This document shows, piece after piece, positions 53,767-62,146 of a stretch of 64,000 nucleotides of DNA. Made by a program: the position numbers and the translations under genes. The notes under the pieces are model-generated. The model worked only from the letters and a program-made list of their open reading frames with translations, ran no database searches and was not told the DNA's origin. The stretch is from the IMG/VR virus record IMGVR_UViG_3300034279_000305, positions 1 through 64,000 of that record. One strand, 5' to 3'. The number at the start of each line of letters is the position of its first letter. Within the stretch, counting starts at the first letter, position 1. The stretch is from a virus.

Positions 53767-54782
53767 ATGGCATACTTTGCCTTTGCTGATAGACCTTGAA
53801 ACGTATTATCATTTATAATACTCTGGATTTCACCAGAAGTCAATCCATTTTCAATCATTTCATTAATATCTTTTCCTGGAACATCTGGCCAGATGACCAT
53901 CTTATACCCCATATCAATATACTTATTCATCAACTTACCAACGTCTCTGTTTTTAGGTTGGTTGTCGAAAATAATTGTTATTTTTTCTTTCGGTATCGGG
54001 AGTTGGTCGATTTTTCCGAATGACGTTCCAGCACAAGCGATAGAATTATCCAGAAAAAGGGAGTCAAGGGGTCCTTCGACGACGAGTACTTCTTTTGTAG
54101 GATCGATTTGATCCAAACCGAAAATCGATGGTGCATCTTCATCTACCTTAACATTGATATACCGTAATGACTCACCTCTGATTCCACGAAGACTAACAAC
54201 AAGTAGTTTACCAGCGCCATCAAGAAAAGGAATCGCGAGTCTCGGTTCAGTTGTGATGATCGAATCTTTGTATTTAGCATTAAGTTGAACCACGTCTTTA
54301 ACATTAGGAATGAAATACAACCGATCAAAAGCAGAGCGAGGGATTTTGCGGTCAGTAACATATTGGATTACCTCATGATCATCTGGTAGTGTGTCAAGTC
54401 GATCCATAATCGAGTCGAGTAGTTTGGGTTCAGGTTTCTTGGCAAACTTCGGTTCTTCAAACTTGAGAACTGATTCTACAGTCTTGTGTGATGTCTTATT
54501 ATGAGCGCCATCGGCATAACGCTCTACGACATATTGACTATAAAGATTTGAATCGAAGTTCTTCAGGAAGGTTCCGAAGTGATGACTCGCGCCACATTTA
54601 TGGCACTTGTAATACAGATCGTTCTTCCCGCGATAGAAGTATCCTCGCGCCTTGCGCTTATTACGCTGTGAGTCGCCGCAGAGAGGACACCTGCAGTTAT
54701 ATAGATCTTGTGATTTTTTCTTGAAGTTCTCGAGACGATACGAAACCGAATGGAGATACTTGATATCAATATATAAACTCAT
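53751..54782 (-). CDS. T4 gp61-like DNA primase
   Basis: CRCPLCGDS..KARGY..YKCHKCG zinc finger; TOPRIM motifs VVEGPLDSLF and FDNQP. Confidence 0.95.
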   Translation of the reverse strand: MSLYIDIKYLHSVSYRLENFKKKSQDLYNCRCPLCGDSQRNKRKARGYFYRGKNDLYYKCHKCGASHHFGTFLKNFDSNLYSQYVVERYADGAHNKTSHKTVESVLKFEEPKFAKKPEPKLLDSIMDRLDTLPDDHEVIQYVTDRKIPRSAFDRLYFIPNVKDVVQLNAKYKDSIITTEPRLAIPFLDGAGKLLVVSLRGIRGESLRYINVKVDEDAPSIFGLDQIDPTKEVLVVEGPLDSLFLDNSIACAGTSFGKIDQLPIPKEKITIIFDNQPKNRDVGKLMNKYIDMGYKMVIWPDVPGKDINEMIENGLTSGEIQSIINDNTFQGLSAKAKYAMWRKV

Positions 54783-54788
54783 AATATA

Positions 54789-54817
54789 GTTATACCCGAT
54801 TTCATCGGAGAAGTAAA
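54789..54817 (-). promoter_or_regulatory. Promoter for the primase operon
   Basis: TTTACT-17 bp-TATAAC. Confidence 0.5.
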
Positions 54818-54822
54818 GGCTT

Positions 54823-55290
54823 TTATTGAATAAATTTCATAAGCATTGGAAGTATCTTGGTAATGATAGCACCAAGAACGATACCACCACCAATCATAAT
54901 ATACTTGGTTTTTTCCAATTTGTCAATACGATTTTTATGTTTTTCTTCTTCTTTATCAACTGAACCTTTAAGATCCCTGATAGCAGCAAGCATCTTGTCT
55001 TCAGTCGACTGAATTTTTGCCTCGAGTTCACGAGTGGTTGTCGTGATACGCGAATGTAACTCGGCGTTACTTTCCTTGGTTTCTTGTCTATGCACTTCTA
55101 AACTCGTGTAGATATCTTCGTTGACTGTTTCTTGCGCATCGAGTTTGGTGTCATGGACAGCGAGCATCTTATTGATGCAGTTGGAAACATCACCAATCTT
55201 TTCGATGGCAAGGTCGAGACGACTGAACACGACCTGAATTTGCTTCAGATCGTGTTCGATTACCGCGACTTTTGTTTCCAAAGATTCCAA
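54823..55290 (-). CDS. Coiled-coil protein with a C-terminal TM (possible lysis accessory)
   Basis: Heptad-rich sequence, terminal hydrophobic helix, downstream of the endolysin. Confidence 0.6.
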   Translation of the reverse strand: MESLETKVAVIEHDLKQIQVVFSRLDLAIEKIGDVSNCINKMLAVHDTKLDAQETVNEDIYTSLEVHRQETKESNAELHSRITTTTRELEAKIQSTEDKMLAAIRDLKGSVDKEEEKHKNRIDKLEKTKYIMIGGGIVLGAIITKILPMLMKFIQ

Positions 55291-55461
55291 TTACTTTGCC
55301 TTTGGTTTACGTGCTTTTTTGACAACTGCTTTAACTTCTTCAAACTTGTCTTCTGCCTTGTCAACTGCTGCAGTAATCTCAGCAAGATCGACCTTGCCAT
55401 CCTTGTTAGTGTCAACAAAACCGAAAAGTTTCTTTAGTGCGTCTTTGATTTGATTAAGCAT
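55291..55461 (-). CDS. Small EF-hand-like protein
   Basis: DTNKDGKVDLAE loop; basic C-terminus. Confidence 0.6.
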   Translation of the reverse strand: MLNQIKDALKKLFGFVDTNKDGKVDLAEITAAVDKAEDKFEEVKAVVKKARKPKAK

Positions 55462-55465
55462 ATTC

Positions 55466-56641
55466 TTATCCCCATGCTGCGAATTGTTTGGTTTTCTTAA
55501 TGCGGTCATCTAGACCATGCGTACCACCATTTACACGACGAGTAATCTGACCGATGACTGCATCAGATACACCCTTACCCGCGATTGCGAACAGACCGTT
55601 CTTGTTGAAGAACCATAGTGCTGATTCGAATGCGAGTTCAGTTGCGACGATATCTGGATCTGTTAGAACGTCTGGGCGACCGATGTCTTGGGCGAATTGA
55701 GTGTAGTTGCTCTTACCAGTTAACTGGATCGGACCACGTCCACGGAATTTCCATCCATCACCCGATGACTCTGGACCATTGCCCATACGATTAGCATAGA
55801 CCTTGTTAGCAATCTTCTCTGGTTTGCGAGCATACCCTGCAGTCGATGCGATTGTTGGGAAATACTTCTTGAAGATACCGTTCAGACCCTTGTCTGAGTA
55901 GTTCAGGTTCTCTTGGAATACCTTGAAACCACCCGACTCGTGTGCGCACTGTCCGAAGAAGTGAGCAGCACCAGCTGTCGACAACTTGTAGTAATCTCTT
56001 GCTGCCTTGAATGTTCCTGGACCCCACTTACCATCGGCAGTAATACCGCACTTAGTTTGAAGTGCTGCCATTGGTCCAAGACCAGCAACAGTTGGTGCTT
56101 GGACTGCTGCCTTAGCAACCTGCGCGACTGCTTGAACGGCAGGAGCACCTGCTTCTCTAGTAGTCGATGGATCGAAATCTTTAACAGGAGTATACTTTGT
56201 TCCACCTGCCTTAGACTTGGTAGCAACCAGACGCTGCTTGCGGTTTCCGCCTTCCTTCTTAATGGAAGCATGGACCCAACCAGAGTTCTTATCACCAGCA
56301 GCATAGAATTCTAGGATGACTTGGTCAAACTCTAGATTGTCAGCAACCCAGTCAGCAACCTTCTTATTGTCAACACCCTTTACTTCAAAGTCAATTGCTT
56401 GACCATTAACGTGCTGGGAAGTAGCAGATCCACCAACTGCCTTATTGACAAGTGGTGCACGATACGAAGAGTTGATTGTTACTGGACCAAACTTGGCACG
56501 AACAGGTTCGAGAATCTTTTCACAGCAGTAACGCATGTTCTCAATATGTTCAGCAGTTGGTGTGTTAGGAATGCCAAGACGCTTTGCGGTTGGCGATACA
56601 ATCATTTCTGCGAGAGTAAAATGTTCAGTTAGTTGTGTCAT
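55466..56641 (-). CDS. Endolysin: peptidase M15 + PG-binding-like segment + GH19 domain
   Basis: SSYR..NKAVGGSATSQHVNGQAIDF..WVHAS; ADGKWGPGT; FFGQCAHESGGF, FRGRGPIQLTG, ITRRVNGG. Confidence 0.9.
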   Translation of the reverse strand: MTQLTEHFTLAEMIVSPTAKRLGIPNTPTAEHIENMRYCCEKILEPVRAKFGPVTINSSYRAPLVNKAVGGSATSQHVNGQAIDFEVKGVDNKKVADWVADNLEFDQVILEFYAAGDKNSGWVHASIKKEGGNRKQRLVATKSKAGGTKYTPVKDFDPSTTREAGAPAVQAVAQVAKAAVQAPTVAGLGPMAALQTKCGITADGKWGPGTFKAARDYYKLSTAGAAHFFGQCAHESGGFKVFQENLNYSDKGLNGIFKKYFPTIASTAGYARKPEKIANKVYANRMGNGPESSGDGWKFRGRGPIQLTGKSNYTQFAQDIGRPDVLTDPDIVATELAFESALWFFNKNGLFAIAGKGVSDAVIGQITRRVNGGTHGLDDRIKKTKQFAAWG

Positions 56642-56652
56642 TATCTTACCCC

Positions 56653-57102
56653 TTAAAATGGACCGAAGTCGTCGTCGCTGTCTTTATACTTATCGATAGC
56701 AGCCATTAGTTTGATTTCAGTATCTGCTTCGATCGACTCTGCTTTGGCGTGTTCAGTGTGCGCCTCAGCAAGATGCTTATAGTCAGTCTTACCAAGTTCC
56801 TGAACCTTAACATTTGGATCAAACTCAGTGACCTTCATGCCCATCATCGTTGCAAAAGCACCAACAAAAGCACCAATAATCATCGAGAACGCAGGACCAA
56901 TAATCTTAAAGATCTCATTATTATCGATTAGATCGTTTGGCATGAACATGCCAATAAGGAAGATGAATACAACTGCTAACATGATAGATGCTAGAACAAT
57001 CGTTACCATCTTCATAATGGTAAGTTGGACTTTGCCCTTCTCGAGTTCAAGTTGTTCCAGCGATTCAATCGGTGGTGATGAGAAAAAATTTGACAAATTC
57101 AT
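56653..57102 (-). CDS. Two-TM membrane protein (holin candidate)
   Basis: Two hydrophobic helices; immediately upstream of the endolysin. Confidence 0.55.
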   Translation of the reverse strand: MNLSNFFSSPPIESLEQLELEKGKVQLTIMKMVTIVLASIMLAVVFIFLIGMFMPNDLIDNNEIFKIIGPAFSMIIGAFVGAFATMMGMKVTEFDPNVKVQELGKTDYKHLAEAHTEHAKAESIEADTEIKLMAAIDKYKDSDDDFGPF

Positions 57103-57107
57103 GGGAA

Positions 57108-57647
57108 TTATTTCCTTCTTATAATTTTATTCTTTTTACGCCACTTCTTCTGAGCAGCCTTAGAAACTCCAGGTTCCGCTTGGTTTGGAATACTTGGATT
57201 ATTTATACCGATACCAGCAATAGCACCACCAGCGACGCCCATGCCTTCTTCAGTAACATAGTCTTTAAATGACAACATTGTATTCAATTCCAATTGTTCT
57301 GCAATAGATTTAGTTTCTTCGTGTTCCATTGTCATATAAAGAATTTCTTCTAGGATATCCTCGTCGTATTCGACGTTTTCCTTAACAAGTGCAATAGCAG
57401 CAGCGAAAGAAAGAAACTTACTATTCGCAAATGGAACTTTTTCTATGATTCGCTTCAACTTAAAGACCATACGGTGAAGGAGACTGTATGATTCTCTTTC
57501 TTCTTCCGTTGCAAGATCCTGTTCTCTCTTCAGGACATTACCATGTGCATCGATGATACCGAGACGATATGCATCTGTCTCGGTAAATGAAGTCGTCAAC
57601 ATACGTAAAATGCGGTATGTTATCAGTGCATCGACAAACCTGGCCAT
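57108..57647 (-). CDS. Conserved T4-like hypothetical protein
   Basis: YRILRML...AYRLGIIDAHG...HRMVFKLKRII. Confidence 0.7.
   Translation of the reverse strand: MARFVDALITYRILRMLTTSFTETDAYRLGIIDAHGNVLKREQDLATEEERESYSLLHRMVFKLKRIIEKVPFANSKFLSFAAAIALVKENVEYDEDILEEILYMTMEHEETKSIAEQLELNTMLSFKDYVTEEGMGVAGGAIAGIGINNPSIPNQAEPGVSKAAQKKWRKKNKIIRRK
57200..57207 (-). promoter_or_regulatory. Possible late promoter for the lysis genes
   Basis: TATAAATA about 100 nt upstream of 57102, but inside a CDS. Confidence 0.4.
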
Positions 57648-58000
57648 TAAATCCCTCTTAACTTGTTAACGATCGTCTGATCCATAAAGACATCTGGTAA
57701 CTCATCTTCTGTCATTCGATTTAAGAACAACAGAAACGGTTTAATCAGAGGCATTAGATCCGAAAGTTTATAGACAATCATATCTGTCGCTGCTTGATTG
57801 AACACATTATATAGAACCAACAAATGATTTATAATAAGACGATCGTTTAAAACATTAGTATTTTGATATCGCGTCAACAATCTTCGAAGATAAACAAACC
57901 GCTTTAAATCTTCCTGTAAATCCGAAATACCAGTGCATCCAGGACTATCATAGTGTTTAATTGCGAACATTAAAAAAGTTTCTTCATTCAATACATTCAT
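57647..58000 (-). CDS. Conserved T4-like hypothetical protein
   Basis: FAIKHYDSPGC...EDLKRFVYLRRLL...LIINHLLVLYNVF. Confidence 0.75.
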   Translation of the reverse strand: MNVLNEETFLMFAIKHYDSPGCTGISDLQEDLKRFVYLRRLLTRYQNTNVLNDRLIINHLLVLYNVFNQAATDMIVYKLSDLMPLIKPFLLFLNRMTEDELPDVFMDQTIVNKLRGI

Positions 58001-58001
58001 A

Positions 58002-58454
58002 TTATGTTACCGTTGCTGTGCCTCCAATGAAATACCATCTTCCAGTCAAGCACATCAACGTTGCAGTATCACCCGCTGAATTGAAAACAATTGAAGAATG
58101 ACCAATATTATCATTGATTGTTAGAGCATGACCACCAGTATTACTTGTCATTACAACAACTTTAATCTGCCCGTCAGTTCCATCTACGATAGAAAGAGTC
58201 CCTGCACCATCAGGCGAAGTAATCTTTGTTACCAGTGAAGCGATACTGATGGCGCCAGCAGAAGTCATTGTCTGCACAGCGCCACCAAGAATCAGATCGT
58301 CTTCCAGAACTACAGGAACTGGAATACCACCAAACAGATTAGCAACACTTACCTTGTGATCATATGGAGATGTTGCTGGTTTAACAACATACATCAAGTC
58401 TGTAGCAACAAGCGATGACGCTGTTGTTAGTGCGACAAGTTTGCTATCTGCCAT
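58002..58454 (-). CDS. Putative virion structural protein
   Basis: MADSKLVAL start; beta-rich; DGQIK...FNSAGDTATL. Confidence 0.6.
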   Translation of the reverse strand: MADSKLVALTTASSLVATDLMYVVKPATSPYDHKVSVANLFGGIPVPVVLEDDLILGGAVQTMTSAGAISIASLVTKITSPDGAGTLSIVDGTDGQIKVVVMTSNTGGHALTINDNIGHSSIVFNSAGDTATLMCLTGRWYFIGGTATVT

Positions 58455-58457
58455 TTA

Positions 58458-60041
58458 TTAGTCCTCTGGGAACGCAATATCATCAGAAGCATCGCTAGTG
58501 ATGCCGTTCTTCGAAAGTGCAACTAGAACTTCATACTGGATACGACCAGCATGAGCACCAGTTAGAACCTTGCGATGCACCCAACCAGTGTGAGCAACAG
58601 CACCAGATTCTGCCTCATCAATACCTTGGTTTACACCAAGAGCAGCATTAGCAGTCGCAGTAGTTCCTGCAACAATTTCTAGATACTGAGCATTATTACC
58701 AGTTCCGGAAATGTTAACCAGAGTTCCTGCCTTGTAAGTCAGACCAGTTGGAGTACCAGCAGTTGTAACAATTGCACCACCTTCTTCATCTGTTAGCGTG
58801 AACCCTGTCACACTCGGAGATGTTCCAGTTACTGCCGACACCTTATATACTGTTCCAGTTGTGTAACCAGTAATCGAACCAGTGCCACCAAGAGTTCCTG
58901 TAATCTGAACACGGTCACCTGTAGCAAGAGTCGCATTCGCGCAAGTGAATTGACCACCTGTGCCTGAAATAGCAACAGTACCAAGTGTAGTACCAGCAGA
59001 AAGGACTGACGAAGATGCCAGGCGTAATGCGTTAGCACTTAGACCGATAGTAGAAACGTAGTAAGTTGTGTTATCAGTCAGACCACTAGCAGCAGTGCCA
59101 CCGCCATCTTGGTATTTTAGAGCAGCGCCCTGTGCTTGACCGTGCGCAGTATATTGGATGTAGTCGAATGTTGGACTGACTGTGCTTGTTGGTAGAGTTA
59201 GAACAGGACCAGCAACAGTAACTGTTGGAGCAGTTTCATATGACGAACCGTTGTTTGTTACTGCGATTGCAGTAACTACGCCATCCGCGATTGTTGCTGT
59301 TGCTTCAGCATCAGCGCCGCCGCCACCAGAGAACGAAACACCAGGAACTTCAACGTATCCAGCACCACCCTGAATTAGAGCAACTGCCGAAATATAACCA
59401 CCTGTTTGGTCACCATGGATTTCGTCGCTTCTTACACCGAATACTTGTGTTGATTCGAAGTCAGTTGTCGCAACAGAAGAAACAAAGGTTGGTTTCTCGT
59501 GGATTCTATAACTCTCATCATCAGCAAATGCAGTCAGAGTCGTACCTGGATTCGCGTTAATTACAGTAGCAAGTGTATCGCTAGTAACTGCGATTACAAT
59601 CATTTCCTGATTGCCACCCGTTGCCGAAGCGCGAACAATGTCACCGACAAACAGTTCTTCAGTAAATATGGTGCTGTTAGTACCCGTTAGAGTTCCACGA
59701 CCAAATGCAAGTGGTAGTGTGAATGTATGTGAAGTGCCAATACCATCGGTTGATGCGATTGTGGTTGGGAAATTGTGCAGTGCATCCGCCTCTGTAGCAG
59801 CAACCATGAAAGTGTTTGCTGTTACATTAGTAACATAGTATGTGTTACCAGATGTTAGACCAACGACCGAAGTTCCTCCGCCGTTTGAATAAACAACAGG
59901 ATCACCAAGTTGGAATGGATGACCTGCTGAAGTATAAACGCCAGCAGCGTGACCTGTGGCGCCATTGAATGTGATAGATGGCGCAGTAAGAGTTACCGTA
60001 CCATCTGATGATTTATTATCTGATTTACCCCATGCGGACAT
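58458..60041 (-). CDS. Putative virion fiber/decoration protein
   Basis: MSAWGKSD start, HTGWV...EVLVAL end, Thr/Gly-rich beta repeats (GLTSGNTYYV, GLTDNTTYYV). Confidence 0.7.
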   Translation of the reverse strand: MSAWGKSDNKSSDGTVTLTAPSITFNGATGHAAGVYTSAGHPFQLGDPVVYSNGGGTSVVGLTSGNTYYVTNVTANTFMVAATEADALHNFPTTIASTDGIGTSHTFTLPLAFGRGTLTGTNSTIFTEELFVGDIVRASATGGNQEMIVIAVTSDTLATVINANPGTTLTAFADDESYRIHEKPTFVSSVATTDFESTQVFGVRSDEIHGDQTGGYISAVALIQGGAGYVEVPGVSFSGGGGADAEATATIADGVVTAIAVTNNGSSYETAPTVTVAGPVLTLPTSTVSPTFDYIQYTAHGQAQGAALKYQDGGGTAASGLTDNTTYYVSTIGLSANALRLASSSVLSAGTTLGTVAISGTGGQFTCANATLATGDRVQITGTLGGTGSITGYTTGTVYKVSAVTGTSPSVTGFTLTDEEGGAIVTTAGTPTGLTYKAGTLVNISGTGNNAQYLEIVAGTTATANAALGVNQGIDEAESGAVAHTGWVHRKVLTGAHAGRIQYEVLVALSKNGITSDASDDIAFPED

Positions 60042-61309
60042 TAATTGTCTCCCTTTTTAAATTCTTGATCTACGTGGTTGAAAAATTCTTTTCTCTTTTC
60101 TTCACCAAGTTCCGAGGGAGACTTGATGTTATAATGTTCTAGAGCAGCATCGAACTTCATTTTGTATGACTCGTGCATCGACTTTGCTGTATCAATATCT
60201 TCTTTAGTCAGTTTCTTGACTGCCATTGAAATACCCTTATGGCGCTTTGTGAGTTTTTTCTCTAGCGGATTATTTGATTTATATGGAGTCGATGAAGAAA
60301 TCGCTGTTCCATCTTTTATACCGCTTCTATATGATGTGTTGTCAATCGAGTCTTTTGCCTTGTTAATATAGCGACCCATTGTTGCCTTCGAGATCTCATC
60401 GACCTGTTCGACTTCTTCATTAGTTTTTCTTTTCTGAAGAGATTGAAGACCCTTTTCTCTTTTCATGTTATTCATTGAAGCTTTGAATGAAGTTGACTTA
60501 TCTGTCACATAGTCACGAACCTGATCAGATGCCTTGTTGCCGTATGACTTCAGTGTTGCCTTTGAGAGTTCATCGACCTGTTCGACTTCTTCCTTGGTAA
60601 TTTTATCAACTGCTCTCTTGATGCCTGTCTCACGATTCTTACGGAGACGCTCTGCTTTATCATAAGTTGCTTGGTTGAATCTCTTACCGAAGTGTCCTGT
60701 TTCGCTGTCGCCTTGGTATGCAGCAATCTTTGTCAAAGGAACATTCTTTGGTGACATTACATTCTTTGGTTGCTCAGCGCCTGATGCTTTCTTGACATAA
60801 GAACCCATAGTCTTCTTTGACAGTTCGTCGATCTGCTCTTCGTTCACCTCACCTTGGAGATAGTTAGCAGCAGTTGAGATATAATCTTCAGCAAGAGTAA
60901 TCTTCGACTGAACCCACTCAGGAAGATTTGTATCTTCACTCAACGAGTCATGCATACGCTGCGAGTTGGCAATGATTGACTTTAGTTGGGACATTGCCAT
61001 GTCGCCTTCGTAATCATACTCTTGCTTTTCTTTTGCTTCAGTAGCATAAGTCTTAGCACCAGCACGTGCCTTATTAAAGATTGAATCGTCGCCGAGAACA
61101 ATGAACATCATCGAGTTAATGAAGTTTGCCATGACATCACGTTCTGCGCCCTGAAGTGTCATACCACCTTGCACCTTCGCAATTGCCTTACGAAGAACAG
61201 GAATTGTATTTGATGGCATCAGACCAGCACGAACTAGTTGCTGAAGACGACCATCCAAGTCTTGCGATTCAGCAATGATAGTATCTTTAATTGTTTGCTC
61301 TAGACTCAT
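60041..61309 (-). CDS. Putative internal head polyprotein with repeated acidic linkers
   Basis: Repeated (V/I)DE(L/I)SK(A/K)T units separating basic domains; late promoter upstream. Confidence 0.65.
   Translation of the reverse strand: MSLEQTIKDTIIAESQDLDGRLQQLVRAGLMPSNTIPVLRKAIAKVQGGMTLQGAERDVMANFINSMMFIVLGDDSIFNKARAGAKTYATEAKEKQEYDYEGDMAMSQLKSIIANSQRMHDSLSEDTNLPEWVQSKITLAEDYISTAANYLQGEVNEEQIDELSKKTMGSYVKKASGAEQPKNVMSPKNVPLTKIAAYQGDSETGHFGKRFNQATYDKAERLRKNRETGIKRAVDKITKEEVEQVDELSKATLKSYGNKASDQVRDYVTDKSTSFKASMNNMKREKGLQSLQKRKTNEEVEQVDEISKATMGRYINKAKDSIDNTSYRSGIKDGTAISSSTPYKSNNPLEKKLTKRHKGISMAVKKLTKEDIDTAKSMHESYKMKFDAALEHYNIKSPSELGEEKRKEFFNHVDQEFKKGDN
60396..60592. repeat. Intragenic direct repeat TCATCGACCTGTTCGACTTCTTC (two copies)
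   Basis: Copies start at 60396 and 60570 and encode EEVEQVDE. Confidence 0.7.
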
Positions 61310-61333
61310 TTGATATTCCTCTAATCTTTTCTA

Positions 61334-61341
61334 TATTTATA
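61334..61341 (-). promoter_or_regulatory. Late promoter TATAAATA
   Basis: Exact match between Dps and the 422-aa gene. Confidence 0.7.
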
Positions 61342-61779
61342 TTATTTAGAGGTTGCCCGTAGCATCCATGCATGTTTAGCATGAACATCGAGACGCTCTT
61401 CAATAAGGTTTACCAGACCGCGATTGCTATCTGCATCCGCCAATTTATGTGCAGCATTTAATGCTTCAATTACCGAGGCATTAGCAGTAATAAGATCTGC
61501 AAGCATTCCTGAGACATCAACACCGTAAATATTTGACTCTTTGATTGTAGTCATAGATGCCAATTCGGTCATATTATACGGAGCATACTCATCGAGTGCT
61601 CGAATCTCTTCCGCAATCTTGTCGATCGTAGCAAATAGTTCTTCGTAAATGCCAGCAAAGAAATCATGCATCTGGGAGAAGTCTTTACCTTCTACATTCC
61701 AGTGAAAACCATGTGCCTTAAAATACATTGCATATGTATTCGCAAGAACCACCTTCATTGATGTCTGTAATTCATCCAT
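61342..61779 (-). CDS. dps: Dps/ferritin-like protein
   Basis: KAHGFHWNVEG.DF..MHDFF..IYEE...IDKIAEEIRAL...HAKHAWML. Confidence 0.9.
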   Translation of the reverse strand: MDELQTSMKVVLANTYAMYFKAHGFHWNVEGKDFSQMHDFFAGIYEELFATIDKIAEEIRALDEYAPYNMTELASMTTIKESNIYGVDVSGMLADLITANASVIEALNAAHKLADADSNRGLVNLIEERLDVHAKHAWMLRATSK

Positions 61780-61780
61780 A

Positions 61781-62146
61781 TCAACAATTCCATTTACGTA
61801 GTGCTAGTGCCTTGCGAGTCGGACGACCCTTCTCATCTTTCATTGGACCTTCTACACCAGACATTCTAGCACAGAAAGACTTGCGACGATTCGCTGCTTT
61901 ACTACCTGCCTTCAACTTAGAGGGAGGAGTGGTTACAGGTGCCTTTAGATTACCACCAGACTGTCTGTTATAGTAGTCACGACCTTTTTGTGTGAGTCCG
62001 CCAGTAGAGGACTTATGTCCCTTACCATCAACTGCTGCCTCTTTAATGCACGAACCTTGTGCACACGGTTTAGTTCCTGGTTTGCGTTTGTAACCAGTCC
62101 AACAGGTGCATTCCTTTTCGGCAAGATAATCAAAAAACGAAAGCAT
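61781..62146 (-). CDS. Conserved phage protein (DUF6321-like)
   Basis: CWTGYK, GGLTQKGR, RRKSFCARMSG, ALRKWNC. Confidence 0.7.
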   Translation of the reverse strand: MLSFFDYLAEKECTCWTGYKRKPGTKPCAQGSCIKEAAVDGKGHKSSTGGLTQKGRDYYNRQSGGNLKAPVTTPPSKLKAGSKAANRRKSFCARMSGVEGPMKDEKGRPTRKALALRKWNC

